Assembly (NCBI GenBank): GCA_973895155.1
Contig: OZ316894.1
Location: 11,882,828-11,946,827, forward strand
Direction: 5' to 3'
Origin: Marsupella aquatica
Lineage: Eukaryota; Plantae; Marchantiophyta
Length of the DNA stretch: 64,000 bases
The notes beneath the pieces were generated by a model. It saw only the letters and a list, made by a program, of their open reading frames with translations, had not been told where the DNA came from and ran no database searches. A program made the position numbers and the translations under genes. Shown one piece after another: positions 44,082 through 55,939 of the stretch (position 1 is the first letter of the stretch; every line of letters begins with the position of its first letter).

Positions 44082-47000
44082 ATGGTGGAACCTTATTTTT
44101 GTGACAGGACACCAGGCCCAGGAGCTTACAATGTTGCACCAGCGGCAAGGACTGTCAGTCCATCACCACCAGCTTATTCAATGGCTATCCGATTTCGATC
44201 CAAAAACAAAGATGATCAACCTGGGCCAGGGACATACACCCCTCGAGTTGGTGGAAGAGGACCTGCCTATACCATCCCAGGTCGAAATGATCAGCATCGT
44301 GGCCCTGATGGGCCTGGTCCAGGAGCCTACTCACCAGGACCAAGACCTTCAGCACCTGCATACTCTATACCAGGGAGACATAAAGAGAGCAAAAGAAATC
44401 TTACACCAGGTCCAGGCTCTTATGAAGTTAGGGGTAGACGACCAGGTCCACATTACACAATGGCAGGTAAGAAGGCAGACCCTTTAGGAGAAAAAACTCC
44501 TGGACCTGGAGCATATAACCTCCCAAAAGGGACAGCTCCGGCCTTCACAATGGCTGCAAGGTTGGAACAAGAAGATCCTCACCCAATGCCAGGGCCAGGA
44601 GCTTATGATCCCATGCAAAGGTCAGGCTCCCCGGCATACACTATGGCAGGAAGACAAGAACAACACTTTGATCCAAGGGCTCCTGGTCCTGGTGCCTATG
44701 ATCCCAACGATCCCTCAGGTGCCCCAGCATTCACCATGGCTCGTCACTATCAAGAAGGACCTCGAGATGAAGGTCCAGGGCCAGGGGCATACAATATTCT
44801 AAGAGGTGGGGATGGACCCCATTATACAATTGCTGGGAGACCAGTAGAGGCTGGAAAGGATAACATGCCTGGACCTGGAGCCTACTCACCTGATGATAGG
44901 TCTGGCAGTCCAGCATTTACAATAGCCGGAAGGGTAGCAGAAAGTATGAGAGAGAAGTCACCAGGACCAGGAGCTTATGACCCTCGAGAGAAATCTGGTG
45001 CACCGGCATATACCATGGCAGCAAGACAAGCTGGTCCCATTGGAGAAAGGGGCCCTGGTCCTGGTGCTTATAATCTCCCAAGTGACAAAACTCCTGCTTT
45101 TACAATAGCTGGGAGATTTGAGATCTCAGATCTTCACCCATTGCCTGGACCTGGTGCATATTCTCCCCTCCCTTTGTCAAAACCCCCAGCTTACACTATT
45201 GCTGGACGGCATGAGCAGTCTATTGATTCTCGAGCCCCTGGCCCTGGGACTTACAACCCAGATGTCCATGATTGCCAACCTGCATACTCAATGGGGCAAC
45301 GCTTTGTTGATGGCCTGGCATTTCAAGGACCAGGGCCTGGTACATACAATGTTCAAGCGCCAAGAGATGCCCCAGCCTACACTATTCCAGGGAGGTATGT
45401 TGACAGCAAAGCAGAGCAGGGGCCTGGCCCAGGGACTTACTCTGCAATTGTTCCATCAGGTCAACCTGCATTTTCAATGGCTCGAAGGTATGAATTTAGC
45501 CCTCCACCCAAAACTCCTGGGCCAGGACAATATACTTTGAAGGATAAATCTGGAGCTCCTGCATATACAATTGCTGGTCGACATCCCACAGGACTAGGGG
45601 AAAATGTTCCAGGTCCTGGGGCTTACAATCTTCCTAAAGGCATTGCCCCAACTTTCACAATGGCTGCAAGATTGGACCAGGAAGATCCTCATCCAATGCC
45701 AGGACCAGGTGCCTATGACCCCAACCAAAAATCAGGTACTCCAGCATACACTATGGCCAGACGATGGCAAGAGCATATTGATCCAAGGGCTCCTGGTCCT
45801 GGAACATACAATCCCAAAGATCCCTCAGGTGCCCCAGCATTCACCATGGCTCGTCATTATCAACAAGGACCCCGAGATGAAGGTCCGGGTCCAGGGGCAT
45901 ACAATATTCTAAGAGGGGGGGATGGACCCCATTATACAATTGTTGGGAGACCAGTAGAGGCTGGAAAAGATAACATGCCTGGACCTGGAGCCTACTCACC
46001 TGATGATAGGTCTGGCAGTCCAGCATTTACAATAGCCGGAAGGGTAGCAGAAAGTATGAGGGAGAAGTCACCAGGACCAGGAGCTTATGATCCTCGAGAT
46101 AAATCTGGTGCACCGGCATATACCATGGCAGCAAGACAAGCTGGTCCCATTGGAGAAAGGGGCCCTGGTCCTGGTGCTTACAATCTTCCAATTGCAAAAA
46201 CCCCTGCTTTTACAATTGCAAGCCGATTGGAATCTGAAGACCCATTTTCAGGACCTGGGCCTGGTGCTTACTCTCCTACCCGAGGGTCAAAGGGACCAGC
46301 TTATACCATAGCTGGAAGACATGAGAAATCAATTGACCCTCGAGCACTAGGGCCAGGCACATATAATCCTGATCAAGATGATGGAAGCCCATCTTTTACA
46401 ATGGCTAGAAGATACGAAGATCCTAATAGGAATACAAATCCTGGGCCAGGTACATATAATCCTGGTGATGGCAGAGATGGACCTGCATACACAATTGCTG
46501 GGAGGCCTTTAGTGAGTATGGCTCAACAAAGTCCCGGCCCAGCTGAGTACAACCCCTTGGTTAATTATACTCTTCCACAACCTCCAGCATTTAGCATTCC
46601 CGGCAGATATGCAGATCCAAAGTACAACAAAAATCCTGGCCCGGGACAATACACATTGCCAAAGGCTGATAAAGGTCCTGCCTACACTTTGGCTGCAAGA
46701 CATCCCGAGAGTGATTTGGAAAGAATTCCAGGCCCTGGAGCATATAACCCTGATACTGGGTCAGGTGCTCCAGCATTCACCATGGCTGCACGACACGAAA
46801 TCAAAGATCCATTTGCAGGACCTGGCCCAGGAGCTTACAACATAAAGAGAGATGCAAGTGGCCCCGCCTTCCACATGGCCCAACGATACGAATACCATGA
46901 TACACCGAGAGCACCAGGTCCAGGGGCATACAACATTGATGACAAAAGTGGAGCGCCAGCTTACACAATTGCCAAAAGATGGCAAACAGGACCAAGAGAA

Positions 47001-50000
47001 TCAAGCCCAGGTCCAGGAGAGTACAATGTACACATACATTCTTGTGTCCCATCTTATAGCATGGCAGGAAGATATGTAGATCCAAAAGGAGAACAAGGCC
47101 CTGGTCCTGGGGCATATGTTTGTGTCGTAAAAAGTGATGCTCCAGCTTATAGCATGGCAGGCCGATATGTTGAGTCCAAAGCTCCTGCCCAACCAGGACC
47201 AGGTCACTATGACAACCTGCCCAAGAGTGGCTCTCCTGCATACACAATTGCTGCTAAGCAAAAAGCTATTGTTGCTGTACTAACCCCTGGCCCAGGGGCC
47301 TATAAAACAGAGACTTCGTCTGGAGCTCCAGCATATACAATTGCGGCAAGGTTTAAGGATGGGGCAGATGACCCAACGCCAGGCCCAGGGACATACATTG
47401 TTGTGAAGAAAAGAGATGGACCTTCTTATACAATTGCTAAGAGATACAAATACAGAGATGGTGAAGACACACCTGGGCCAGGAGCATATGCTGCAGACCC
47501 ACATGAATATACACCTGCCTACACAATTGCCGCAAGATTCAAGGATCCAGATAACTTCATGAATCCTGGGCCTGGCACATACAACATAATTCCCAAACGT
47601 GATGGCCCTGCATACACAATTCCTGGCAGATACATTGAAGGAAAGGGTGAACAAACACCTGGGCCAGGAGCATATACACTTGTGCCAATTGGAGGTCAAC
47701 CGGCATTTACAATAGCTGCAAGAGAAAGAGAATCCAAGATAGAAAAAGCACCTGGCCCTGGCGCTTATAATGTGCCTCGTTCTATTCCTGGTCCATATTA
47801 CACTATGGCTGGAAAACATCCAGACTCATTGGCTGACAAAACTCCCGGTCCTGGTGCCTACAATGCAATAGTTCTCAAAAGCCCAGCCTTTAGCATAGGT
47901 ATCAAGCTAAAAGGTGAGCCATTTGATCCAAGCCCAGGCCCAGGAACATACAATGTTACAAAGATAACTGGTGCACCAGCTTATACTATTGCTGGTAGAC
48001 ATCAAATGGGGGCAGCTGAAAAAACTCCAGGACCCGGTGCTTATAATATTTCACGTGACATTCCTGGTCCAGCCTACTCCTTGGCAGCTCGACATCCAGA
48101 TAGTGCCCTTGACCCAGGGCCAGGTCCAGGAGCATATAACACCACTCGTGACCTTGGTAGTCCAGCTTTCACAATTCCAGGAAGACATGTTGATCCACCA
48201 GGTGAGAAGGGCCCTGGTCCTGGAGCATACTCCCCCGACCAACCTTCTGGTGCACCAGCTTTCTCAATTGCAGGAAAAGTACCTGATAGTCAAATACAAA
48301 AAATGCCAGGGCCAGGGCAATACACTTTACCTGGATTTTCTGCTCCTGCTTTCACAATGGCCAAAAGATGGCATCAGTCCGGCATTGAGAGAGGACCAGG
48401 TCCAGGAGCTTATGAGTTGCCTGACTACACTGCACCAGCTTTCACAATGGCCGGAAGACACGAGATTGTCGATCCACATCCATCACCAGGCCCTGGAGCA
48501 TATAACAATCTACCACCATCTGGCCAACCTGCTTACACTATGGCAGGGAGACACGATCCAGCAGATTTAACCCCTAACCCTGGTCCAGGAGCTTATGATC
48601 CTCATCAAGATAGTGGAGCTCCAGCATACAGTATGGGTCAAAGGTACAAGGATGGACTAGGAGTTGACACACCTGGTCCAGGCACTTATAGTGTTTGCTT
48701 GCCACCCAGTGGCCCAACTTACACTATTCCAGGGAGATATGTAGACAAGAGAGGAGATGAAGTTCCAGGTCCAGGAGCTTACAATGCAGTGGTTGAAATG
48801 ACACCAGCTTTCTCAATGGCTGGAAGATATCCAGAATCTTGTTTGAATAAGACCCCAGGACCTGGTGAATACACTATTGTTTTGCCCAAAGGACCAGGCA
48901 TCACAATGGCTGGGAAGCATCAAAAATCATTAGCTGAGAAGACCCCAGGACCAGGTGCCTATCAAGTGTTTCTCCCATCGGGTGCACCAGCATATACAAT
49001 TCCAATTCGATTCAAATACAAGGAAGATATTCCTGGTCCTGGGCCAGGATCATACTCACCACAACCAGATCTAGGAGGGCCAGCCTTTAGTATGCCTGGA
49101 AAACATGTCGATAGTTTGGAATCACAAAGCCCTGGTCCATGTGCATACACTCTTCCCAGGGTTGGAGATGCCCCAGCATTCAGTATGGCAAGGAAATATA
49201 GAGATTCCATGGGTCCTGACTCTCCTGGGCCAGGAGCCTACCAAGTCAACATAAATGACAAAGGACCGGCATACTCAATGGCTGGTAGGGATATTGATCC
49301 AGCTGTTGACCCAATCCCTGGGCCTGGTGCTTACAATGTAGATCAACCTGGTAGCACCCCAGCATTCTCTATGGCAGGTAGATACCCTGAGTCCAAATTG
49401 TACAAAACACCTGGTCCAGGCGAGTACACTCTACCAGGATTTAGTGCTCCCGCTTACACAATTGCTGGGAAATATCAAGAGTCACTGGCTGAGAAGACTC
49501 CTGGTCCTGGTGCGTATAATGCCATAGTGGAAAAAACTCCAGCTTTCTCAATTGCCATTAAGCTGCCCTACTTTGACCAAGAAAAAACACCAGGCCCTGG
49601 TGCATACTCCCCTACAAGTAAATCAGATGCACCTGCATACACTATACCCGGAAGGAATGAGCCAAAATATCCACAAATTGGCCCTGGACCAGGTGCATAT
49701 GACCCTGACCCGGGTAGTGATGCACCAGCTTTTAGTATGGCTCAAAGATACAGGGATGGGTTGCAACCAGACAGTCCTGGGCCAGGCACCTACAATGTTC
49801 AACAAAAGTCAGATGCACCAGCTTGGTCCATTCCAGGGAGGGATAATGCTCCTAAGCCAGACTTAACTCCTGGTCCAGGAGCATATGAAATGCCCCCAAT
49901 CACCACAAATGCTTTCTCAATTGCAAGACGTTATGAGGAGCATAAAAGGGAGCAAAGCCCTGGCCCTGGAGCATATAGTGTCCAAGTCAAAAGTGATGCT

Positions 50001-50795
50001 CCAGCTTACACAATGCCAGGACGAATTGCTGATCCTCTTGGTGAGAAAACACCAGGACCTGGTGCTTATGAGGCTGACAAGAGACCCCATTGTCCTGCAT
50101 TTACAATGGCTCAAAAATTGAAGTACTTTGATAAGGAAGTGGTTCCAGGACCAGGTACTTATGCTCCACCTAAGCCTTCTCGAGGGCCTGCATACACCAT
50201 GGCTCAAAGACACGAAGAACACATAGACCCAAGAGCTCCTGGCCCAGGGACGTACAATGTTAAGTTTGAAGAAGGCAAAGGACTGAGTATGGGGCAAAGG
50301 TACAAGGATTCAATAGAATGGGATCACCCAGGTCCAGGCACTTATGAGGTAAGAGATGAATCTGGTGCTCCAGCTTACACCATGGCAGGAAGGCATGTTG
50401 AAAGTAAAGATGTTGGACCCCCTGGCCCAGGAGCATATACTCCCCAAGTTGATGATGGGGCACCAGCATATAGCATTGCAGGTAGATTTGTGGACTCAAA
50501 AATAGAAAAAGGGCCAGGACCGGGTGCTTATGATCCTAGAGACAAATCTGGAGCACCAGCTTATACCATGCCCAGTAGACATTTCTATCAGGGAGATACA
50601 AGTGGGCCAGGCCCAGGAGCATATGAAGCTCCCAGAGCTACCTCGCCTGCTTTCTCAATGGCAAAGCGCTACAAGTACAAATCAGATGAAAAAAGTCCAG
50701 GACCAGCATCTTACAAGCCAAATGTGAAACCTGTTACAAGTTCATCGCCTGCCTTCACAATGCGAAAACGACCTTTTTGGTTTTACTTGAAATGA
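44082..50795 (+). CDS. Giant SHIPPO-repeat (ODF3/CIMAP1/STPG-like sperm-tail PGPG repeat) protein, 2237 aa
   Basis: One uninterrupted ORF built of roughly 60 units of ~36 aa, P(A/S)(Y/F)(T/S)(M/I)AGR...PGPG(A/T)Y. An AAACAG acceptor just upstream allows additional 5' exons. Confidence 0.85.
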   Translation: MVEPYFCDRTPGPGAYNVAPAARTVSPSPPAYSMAIRFRSKNKDDQPGPGTYTPRVGGRGPAYTIPGRNDQHRGPDGPGPGAYSPGPRPSAPAYSIPGRHKESKRNLTPGPGSYEVRGRRPGPHYTMAGKKADPLGEKTPGPGAYNLPKGTAPAFTMAARLEQEDPHPMPGPGAYDPMQRSGSPAYTMAGRQEQHFDPRAPGPGAYDPNDPSGAPAFTMARHYQEGPRDEGPGPGAYNILRGGDGPHYTIAGRPVEAGKDNMPGPGAYSPDDRSGSPAFTIAGRVAESMREKSPGPGAYDPREKSGAPAYTMAARQAGPIGERGPGPGAYNLPSDKTPAFTIAGRFEISDLHPLPGPGAYSPLPLSKPPAYTIAGRHEQSIDSRAPGPGTYNPDVHDCQPAYSMGQRFVDGLAFQGPGPGTYNVQAPRDAPAYTIPGRYVDSKAEQGPGPGTYSAIVPSGQPAFSMARRYEFSPPPKTPGPGQYTLKDKSGAPAYTIAGRHPTGLGENVPGPGAYNLPKGIAPTFTMAARLDQEDPHPMPGPGAYDPNQKSGTPAYTMARRWQEHIDPRAPGPGTYNPKDPSGAPAFTMARHYQQGPRDEGPGPGAYNILRGGDGPHYTIVGRPVEAGKDNMPGPGAYSPDDRSGSPAFTIAGRVAESMREKSPGPGAYDPRDKSGAPAYTMAARQAGPIGERGPGPGAYNLPIAKTPAFTIASRLESEDPFSGPGPGAYSPTRGSKGPAYTIAGRHEKSIDPRALGPGTYNPDQDDGSPSFTMARRYEDPNRNTNPGPGTYNPGDGRDGPAYTIAGRPLVSMAQQSPGPAEYNPLVNYTLPQPPAFSIPGRYADPKYNKNPGPGQYTLPKADKGPAYTLAARHPESDLERIPGPGAYNPDTGSGAPAFTMAARHEIKDPFAGPGPGAYNIKRDASGPAFHMAQRYEYHDTPRAPGPGAYNIDDKSGAPAYTIAKRWQTGPRESSPGPGEYNVHIHSCVPSYSMAGRYVDPKGEQGPGPGAYVCVVKSDAPAYSMAGRYVESKAPAQPGPGHYDNLPKSGSPAYTIAAKQKAIVAVLTPGPGAYKTETSSGAPAYTIAARFKDGADDPTPGPGTYIVVKKRDGPSYTIAKRYKYRDGEDTPGPGAYAADPHEYTPAYTIAARFKDPDNFMNPGPGTYNIIPKRDGPAYTIPGRYIEGKGEQTPGPGAYTLVPIGGQPAFTIAARERESKIEKAPGPGAYNVPRSIPGPYYTMAGKHPDSLADKTPGPGAYNAIVLKSPAFSIGIKLKGEPFDPSPGPGTYNVTKITGAPAYTIAGRHQMGAAEKTPGPGAYNISRDIPGPAYSLAARHPDSALDPGPGPGAYNTTRDLGSPAFTIPGRHVDPPGEKGPGPGAYSPDQPSGAPAFSIAGKVPDSQIQKMPGPGQYTLPGFSAPAFTMAKRWHQSGIERGPGPGAYELPDYTAPAFTMAGRHEIVDPHPSPGPGAYNNLPPSGQPAYTMAGRHDPADLTPNPGPGAYDPHQDSGAPAYSMGQRYKDGLGVDTPGPGTYSVCLPPSGPTYTIPGRYVDKRGDEVPGPGAYNAVVEMTPAFSMAGRYPESCLNKTPGPGEYTIVLPKGPGITMAGKHQKSLAEKTPGPGAYQVFLPSGAPAYTIPIRFKYKEDIPGPGPGSYSPQPDLGGPAFSMPGKHVDSLESQSPGPCAYTLPRVGDAPAFSMARKYRDSMGPDSPGPGAYQVNINDKGPAYSMAGRDIDPAVDPIPGPGAYNVDQPGSTPAFSMAGRYPESKLYKTPGPGEYTLPGFSAPAYTIAGKYQESLAEKTPGPGAYNAIVEKTPAFSIAIKLPYFDQEKTPGPGAYSPTSKSDAPAYTIPGRNEPKYPQIGPGPGAYDPDPGSDAPAFSMAQRYRDGLQPDSPGPGTYNVQQKSDAPAWSIPGRDNAPKPDLTPGPGAYEMPPITTNAFSIARRYEEHKREQSPGPGAYSVQVKSDAPAYTMPGRIADPLGEKTPGPGAYEADKRPHCPAFTMAQKLKYFDKEVVPGPGTYAPPKPSRGPAYTMAQRHEEHIDPRAPGPGTYNVKFEEGKGLSMGQRYKDSIEWDHPGPGTYEVRDESGAPAYTMAGRHVESKDVGPPGPGAYTPQVDDGAPAYSIAGRFVDSKIEKGPGPGAYDPRDKSGAPAYTMPSRHFYQGDTSGPGPGAYEAPRATSPAFSMAKRYKYKSDEKSPGPASYKPNVKPVTSSSPAFTMRKRPFWFYLK

Positions 50796-51146
50796 AACCT
50801 GAGTGGGCCTCATTTTGAGTTTTTGGTTCCAAAAGCACGTGTTGAAAGACTACCTTGAGGGTTATGTCTCTCAATTCAAGAAGACAAGCAAAGCAACAGT
50901 TGATCATACAACACCTCCCCTAGGAACCAGCGCAAGTATGAAATTGGCCCTCAATCGTCTAGTCTATCACATGAGCTGTTCAAATTGTGTACAAAGAAAT
51001 GAATGAAGATTATAATTTTGTGTATTTGTCAATTATACATAATGGCTTTGCATGAAAATGAATATTATTCCACATGGGTCTGATGACAAGGATTTTAGTC
51101 AAATGTAATTAACAAAGAAACAGACTAATTTGCATTAGTAAAGTAT

Positions 51147-51283
51147 CTTGCATTTTTAGGTCAATAGAACATTGCTTGCACATACCAAACGGGAGATATT
51201 TCATTGGCTATAACTAATATCTTGCATTTTAGGTCAATACAACATTGCTTGCACATACCAAACGGAAGATATTTCATTGGCTA
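51147..51283. repeat. ~72-bp tandem duplication
   Basis: TCTTGCATTTT(T)AGGTCAATA.AACATTGCTTGCACATACCAAACGG.AGATATTTCATTGGCTA occurs twice. Confidence 0.85.
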
Positions 51284-52979
51284 CAACATTAGTTATCACA
51301 AAATATCAATCTCATGTTGTTGCTTACTGTTTTGTGTGTTGCATAATCTGAATCCCATGCATGAAGAACTTTTGTTGTGGTTATATTGACTGCTCCCGTG
51401 CAGTTGTTCACCTTTGCAGATCATGTTCTCTGGATATTTATTCTTGGAGAATCCACATCAGCAATCAACTGACTGCATTTAAGGTGTGGTCGATCTAGAG
51501 AAGGCATCAAATCCAATTTGGTTGCAGGACATGTCCTAGTTTTTGCCCTTCTAGACTTCAAGTTGCAACCTGTGGACAAAGTATGCACAAGACTTTAACA
51601 TGAGCATCTCATATCTGTCTGGTTTGAGCACATCAAAGTGGTGCAATGATTGCCTGCAATATTCATGTGTATTGATTGAGTTTCTCAACTTATTCTTGTG
51701 TAAAATAGTTCATGCTGAGTATTGTATGAATTCAACTCACACTTCTTGTTTTTCATGTCTTTTTACCCATGAAGAAACACTTTTATAAGATGAGATGGTT
51801 GCTGCCATTGCGGTATAGTACGTAGAATAGGTAAGTTGTTGAAGTACATCAATTAATCTCTATTTGGAACGCTGTTTCTCAAAAAGAATTCTTAAAGCAC
51901 AACATTGTGGGAATTCTCTCTAGAATTTATTTTTCTGGGAGATCCAAGTCCAAAGGCAGGCAAAAATCAATACAATTAATTGTGGCTGATTTATATCTCT
52001 GCATCATATCCATGATTGCCCAGGCCACAATTCATCATCATGAAGAAATATTTTGAGTCCAATATACCACATGTCTCACAATTTCTCCCATGGACAGTGG
52101 AACTTGTAAATGTATCTGCAATGAAAGCAGCTAACTTTAGATTCAAAGTTGGGCAAAAGCACAGGTTTTCTCTTCACAGAAAAGAATCAACAATGTGTTG
52201 TTGACAGTCTAATGGTGCTCATGTGCATCCCTTCAATGTGTAATGAAGCAAGAACATGCGTAAGCTATATGAAAGAGAACTTCCGATCTGGTTTGATCTT
52301 TATTGACTACCTTGACAAAGAAACTCCACTACCACCATTTGTCACCAAGCAGTACATCATTTTGCTTTGGACAAAATACTTATCTTAAACAATAGAGTGA
52401 TCAATGAGATGTCTCCTCAATGTTCCATCTTATCAACTAAGGAGCTAGATGCTAAAAACCCTCACTCAGCCCCCATCCCTTTGAAGCTTTTCCAAGAACT
52501 CCACTCTTGCAACTTGGTAAATACTAGAATTAACTGTAATAACTTACATCTATCAACTCAAAAGTATTATATATCTTGAAAATACCTGCAAATCAACTGA
52601 AAACCAACAAACCAAAGAGAGTCCTCCCAATCATTTGCCACGCTACTCTCAAAACTTCTCAAGAAAATTGGCACAACATCCATGTTAATTTTAAGATTAT
52701 ATTTGTTTCTTATATTCTAAACTCTGATAATCTTGCATTGAACTGAGAACAGGACTGAGAATGTACATGCAGGACACTTAATTCCCAAGCATAGTAAGGG
52801 CTTGATGAGATTTAAATTGTTGTATGTCTATTGTCGATCCTGGCCTCCATTAGCTAGATAAACAAGGGGAAGTACGTTAGTAGGGAGAGGGCTAGTTGGG
52901 AGAGTTAGGTGCACAAGGGAGAACAGAAGTGGTTGTAGCTGTTTGCTTTGGCCTCATCCTCACTCTCTATTTTTTGATT

Positions 52980-52981
<2 letters not shown>

Positions 52982-53020
<39 letters not shown>
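52982..53020. repeat. (CT)n microsatellite
   Basis: About 19 CT units. Confidence 0.95.
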
Positions 53021-53022
<2 letters not shown>

Positions 53023-53515
53023 TTTGCTTGAGTATTGATTGTACTTACTCTCCCCTTCTTGCTCATTGCTTGCGCCCTCTCTACTCCAATTGAAACAGGA
53101 GCATCATTCAGCTAGAACTTTGCAATGCTTACACAACTCAAAAACCAAGGCAGCTGAGAAACTGACTCAAGGTAGTTTGCAATGGTAGATATGTGTTGAG
53201 AATGGTGAATGTGTTTAAGGCAGTCACATAATCCAATTCTTTGACACTTTTAGATTCAATAAGGGTGGTCAAATTAAATATTTGAAAATTGAAAATATCT
53301 AGTGCCTCGTTACCTATTTCAATTTTTTTATTGTCAGTTTAAACTGAGTGGCAATGTCATTACATTATTGAAGTGTCTCAGAAACCCTAAACTACATATC
53401 TTGAATAGCTATGAATAGAGCTTCTTTCTCTAGTCCAATTTCACATCATCAATTCCAAGTCCCGAGGTTATTGATTGTATCAGGGTATCAGTACTTCCCC
53501 CTAGCCATCAGGGTA

Positions 53516-54438
53516 CAGTGAACTCTGAATAAGCGCACCCTCTGGGGAAGAGAGATCCGGTGTGCACTAAACCAGGTGTTGCATGACTTGATAAGCGCAC
53601 ATCCCGCAAAAAGTGCTGTAATAGATACGTGTGCTTAATTTGGGGTCCTTTGTTAAATGTGTAATTATCCAGGGTTTCCAGGTATTTGAGACCAAGTTGT
53701 GTGGGCGATGGCAGATTGAGCACTACCAAGTGAATAAGCAATGATATGGACTCCAAAACTCACCATGCACATTGTAAATACTACAATATGCCCAGATCAC
53801 CCAAGATTCCATGAAAACAAACTTTATTTTAAAATGACAACTTTCTGTGTCCAATGAGTAATAAAAACACAAGTGGACTACAGTTCCTACATTAAGCCTA
53901 CACAACTTCTTCAGTACCGACGACAATATGGATTCATCAGTCCCCTCCAACTAAGGAGCTTCTTGCCTGGTCTACTTTGCCCTCCACTGCCTCAGTATTG
54001 TATTTCCCTTCAATATAGGTCCATCTGGCATCTGGACTAAAAGTCCCGTTCAATTTCTTCCACCTATGCAGCTGGCCAAAGCATTCACCTATGGACCCCG
54101 TAGTCAGCCTCATACCTTGATCCCTGCCCTAATTCTTTGCCCAAACTCCTTAAGTGCATTATGTACTCTACTAATAATGGGCATGCATTTATTGGTAAAT
54201 GACATTTCTGGAGTTTATGCATTTACATATAAGCGCATTCAATCACTTATCCAGGGTTTACTTCCACTTTGGAAATTGCACTTTGGAAATTGTTGTTTAG
54301 CAAAATAATTTTAGCCCTATGTGTGCTTAGAAAAATTGCTTAAAAACCGCTTATCCCGTGTAAAAAAAGGGGAAGAACAAGATGGCATGCACTGATCAAG
54401 GGTAAATGTTTATGGAGTTTGTGCTTATCCAGAGTTCA
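53516..54438. mobile_element. Tc1/mariner (pogo-like) MITE
   Basis: Left end TA|CAGTGAACTCTGAATAAGCGCAC; right end GTGCTTATCCAGAGTTCA with an eroded terminus. Internal TTATCCAGGGTTT subrepeats; no ORF. Confidence 0.65.
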
Positions 54439-55168
54439 GTACTTCCCCCAGCCGTCAGTGAGATGACTGAGTTAAAAGTTCTAAAACTGCTTCTTTGGAA
54501 AAACTTACTCAGTGATGCTGCTGTGCGGCCATAGTCAACAAGACCTGAGCTGAAAATACAATGGATTTTAAATACTATTTTAGGTGTTTTTTAAGTCAAT
54601 GAGGCTAGTCAGGTTTATTCAGTGACTCATTGTGCGACTGCCAAGTCAAAAGTTGATTAAGTGGGGCAGCTGAGATAATCCAATGAGGGAGCTGAGTTTA
54701 ACAAGAATGTTTTTCATTCAGAGAAGACATTAAGTTCCACTTATATCTCCTCATACCCTTGGGTCATTTAAAATTGATGGGGTACTCTCAAATCCAGTGC
54801 CATTGCATCTGAAAAAAGAATACTAGTTTCTAGCTATATATTAAATACAGTGATGCATCATAAATTTATATTGCATCACTGATGTATTTTGCATGCTTGA
54901 CGGACCATCTTGCCTACAAGCATCAATTGGTTGTTCACTTGAACGCTAGCTTCAGGCTCTAAACTTTCACTAAGAGACATCCAACTTTATCACAAAACAA
55001 CAATAACAAAATTAATTTGAATGGCCCAATTTGCACCTGATGGCATTATTTAGCTCAATCAACAACTGCGGTAGCCTTGCTGTGGTCTAGGCTATGGTCA
55101 ATCTACTAATTGGGTATTAATATACAACATAAATTCAAGGAGATGTCATTTGAATCCTCTAAAATGAT

Positions 55169-55775
55169 TGTGACATAGTGATGTCGTGCACATACACATC
55201 ACTACACAACATACATCGCATGTCGCACATATACAAACATGAGCACAAACAAACATAAAAGAATGGGCTGCAAGTGGAACTCATGTCCACACATGTCCAA
55301 AATGCACAATAATCTCAATCCAAACAAACCACAATTGACGCCAATCAAACATCCAATCCTGGTCAAAATGATCACATACAGATATCGAGCCAAGCGCACC
55401 TCATGCTTTGAGGAATCCACGTTATGTATACACAAAACGGGCCAGCCACACCATAGCCACCAAAGCTCATACTCAAAGGCTCAACATTGAAGAAGTGAGA
55501 CCTTTGAGCCACAACAAAGGGATAACTATCCCTCACAAATGTGAACTAAACCCTATCAGCTCATATAGCACATATACAAAACATATAAACTTAGACAACA
55601 CGATATACTCTAATGCTACCTAGAATGGTGTGACAGTTGTCGTGGGCATACACATCGCTACACAACATACATCGCATGTCACACATATACAATCATGAGC
55701 ACAGACAAACATAAGAGAATGGGTTGCAAGTGGAACTCATGTCCACATATGTCCAAAACCCACAATTGCCCCCTC
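55169..55775 (-). repeat. LTR-like region with a ~135-bp duplicated block and an adjacent polypurine tract
   Basis: Direct repeat 55169-55308 / 55630-55764. Minus-strand GAGGGGGCAAT|TGT (PPT followed by LTR start) at ~55775-55762. Confidence 0.6.
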
Positions 55776-55939
55776 GCTAAGAGTAAGGTCCCCTAACTCT
55801 AACTAGCCATGAGTTCTACAAGGTGGATATACACCTTTTTAGGTGTGAAGATCAGGAGGTCGGGTGCAAGTGAGCCCCATCAATCACCTACCTACAATCC
55901 ATATCTTCCAAGAGAACACAAATCATAACTAGCCGGATT

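Noticed and set aside
44101-50727. Many short overlapping ORFs on both strands, and a collagen/elastin-like call for the long ORF
   Set aside because: These are shadows of the repetitive main ORF, which lacks Gly-X-Y periodicity.
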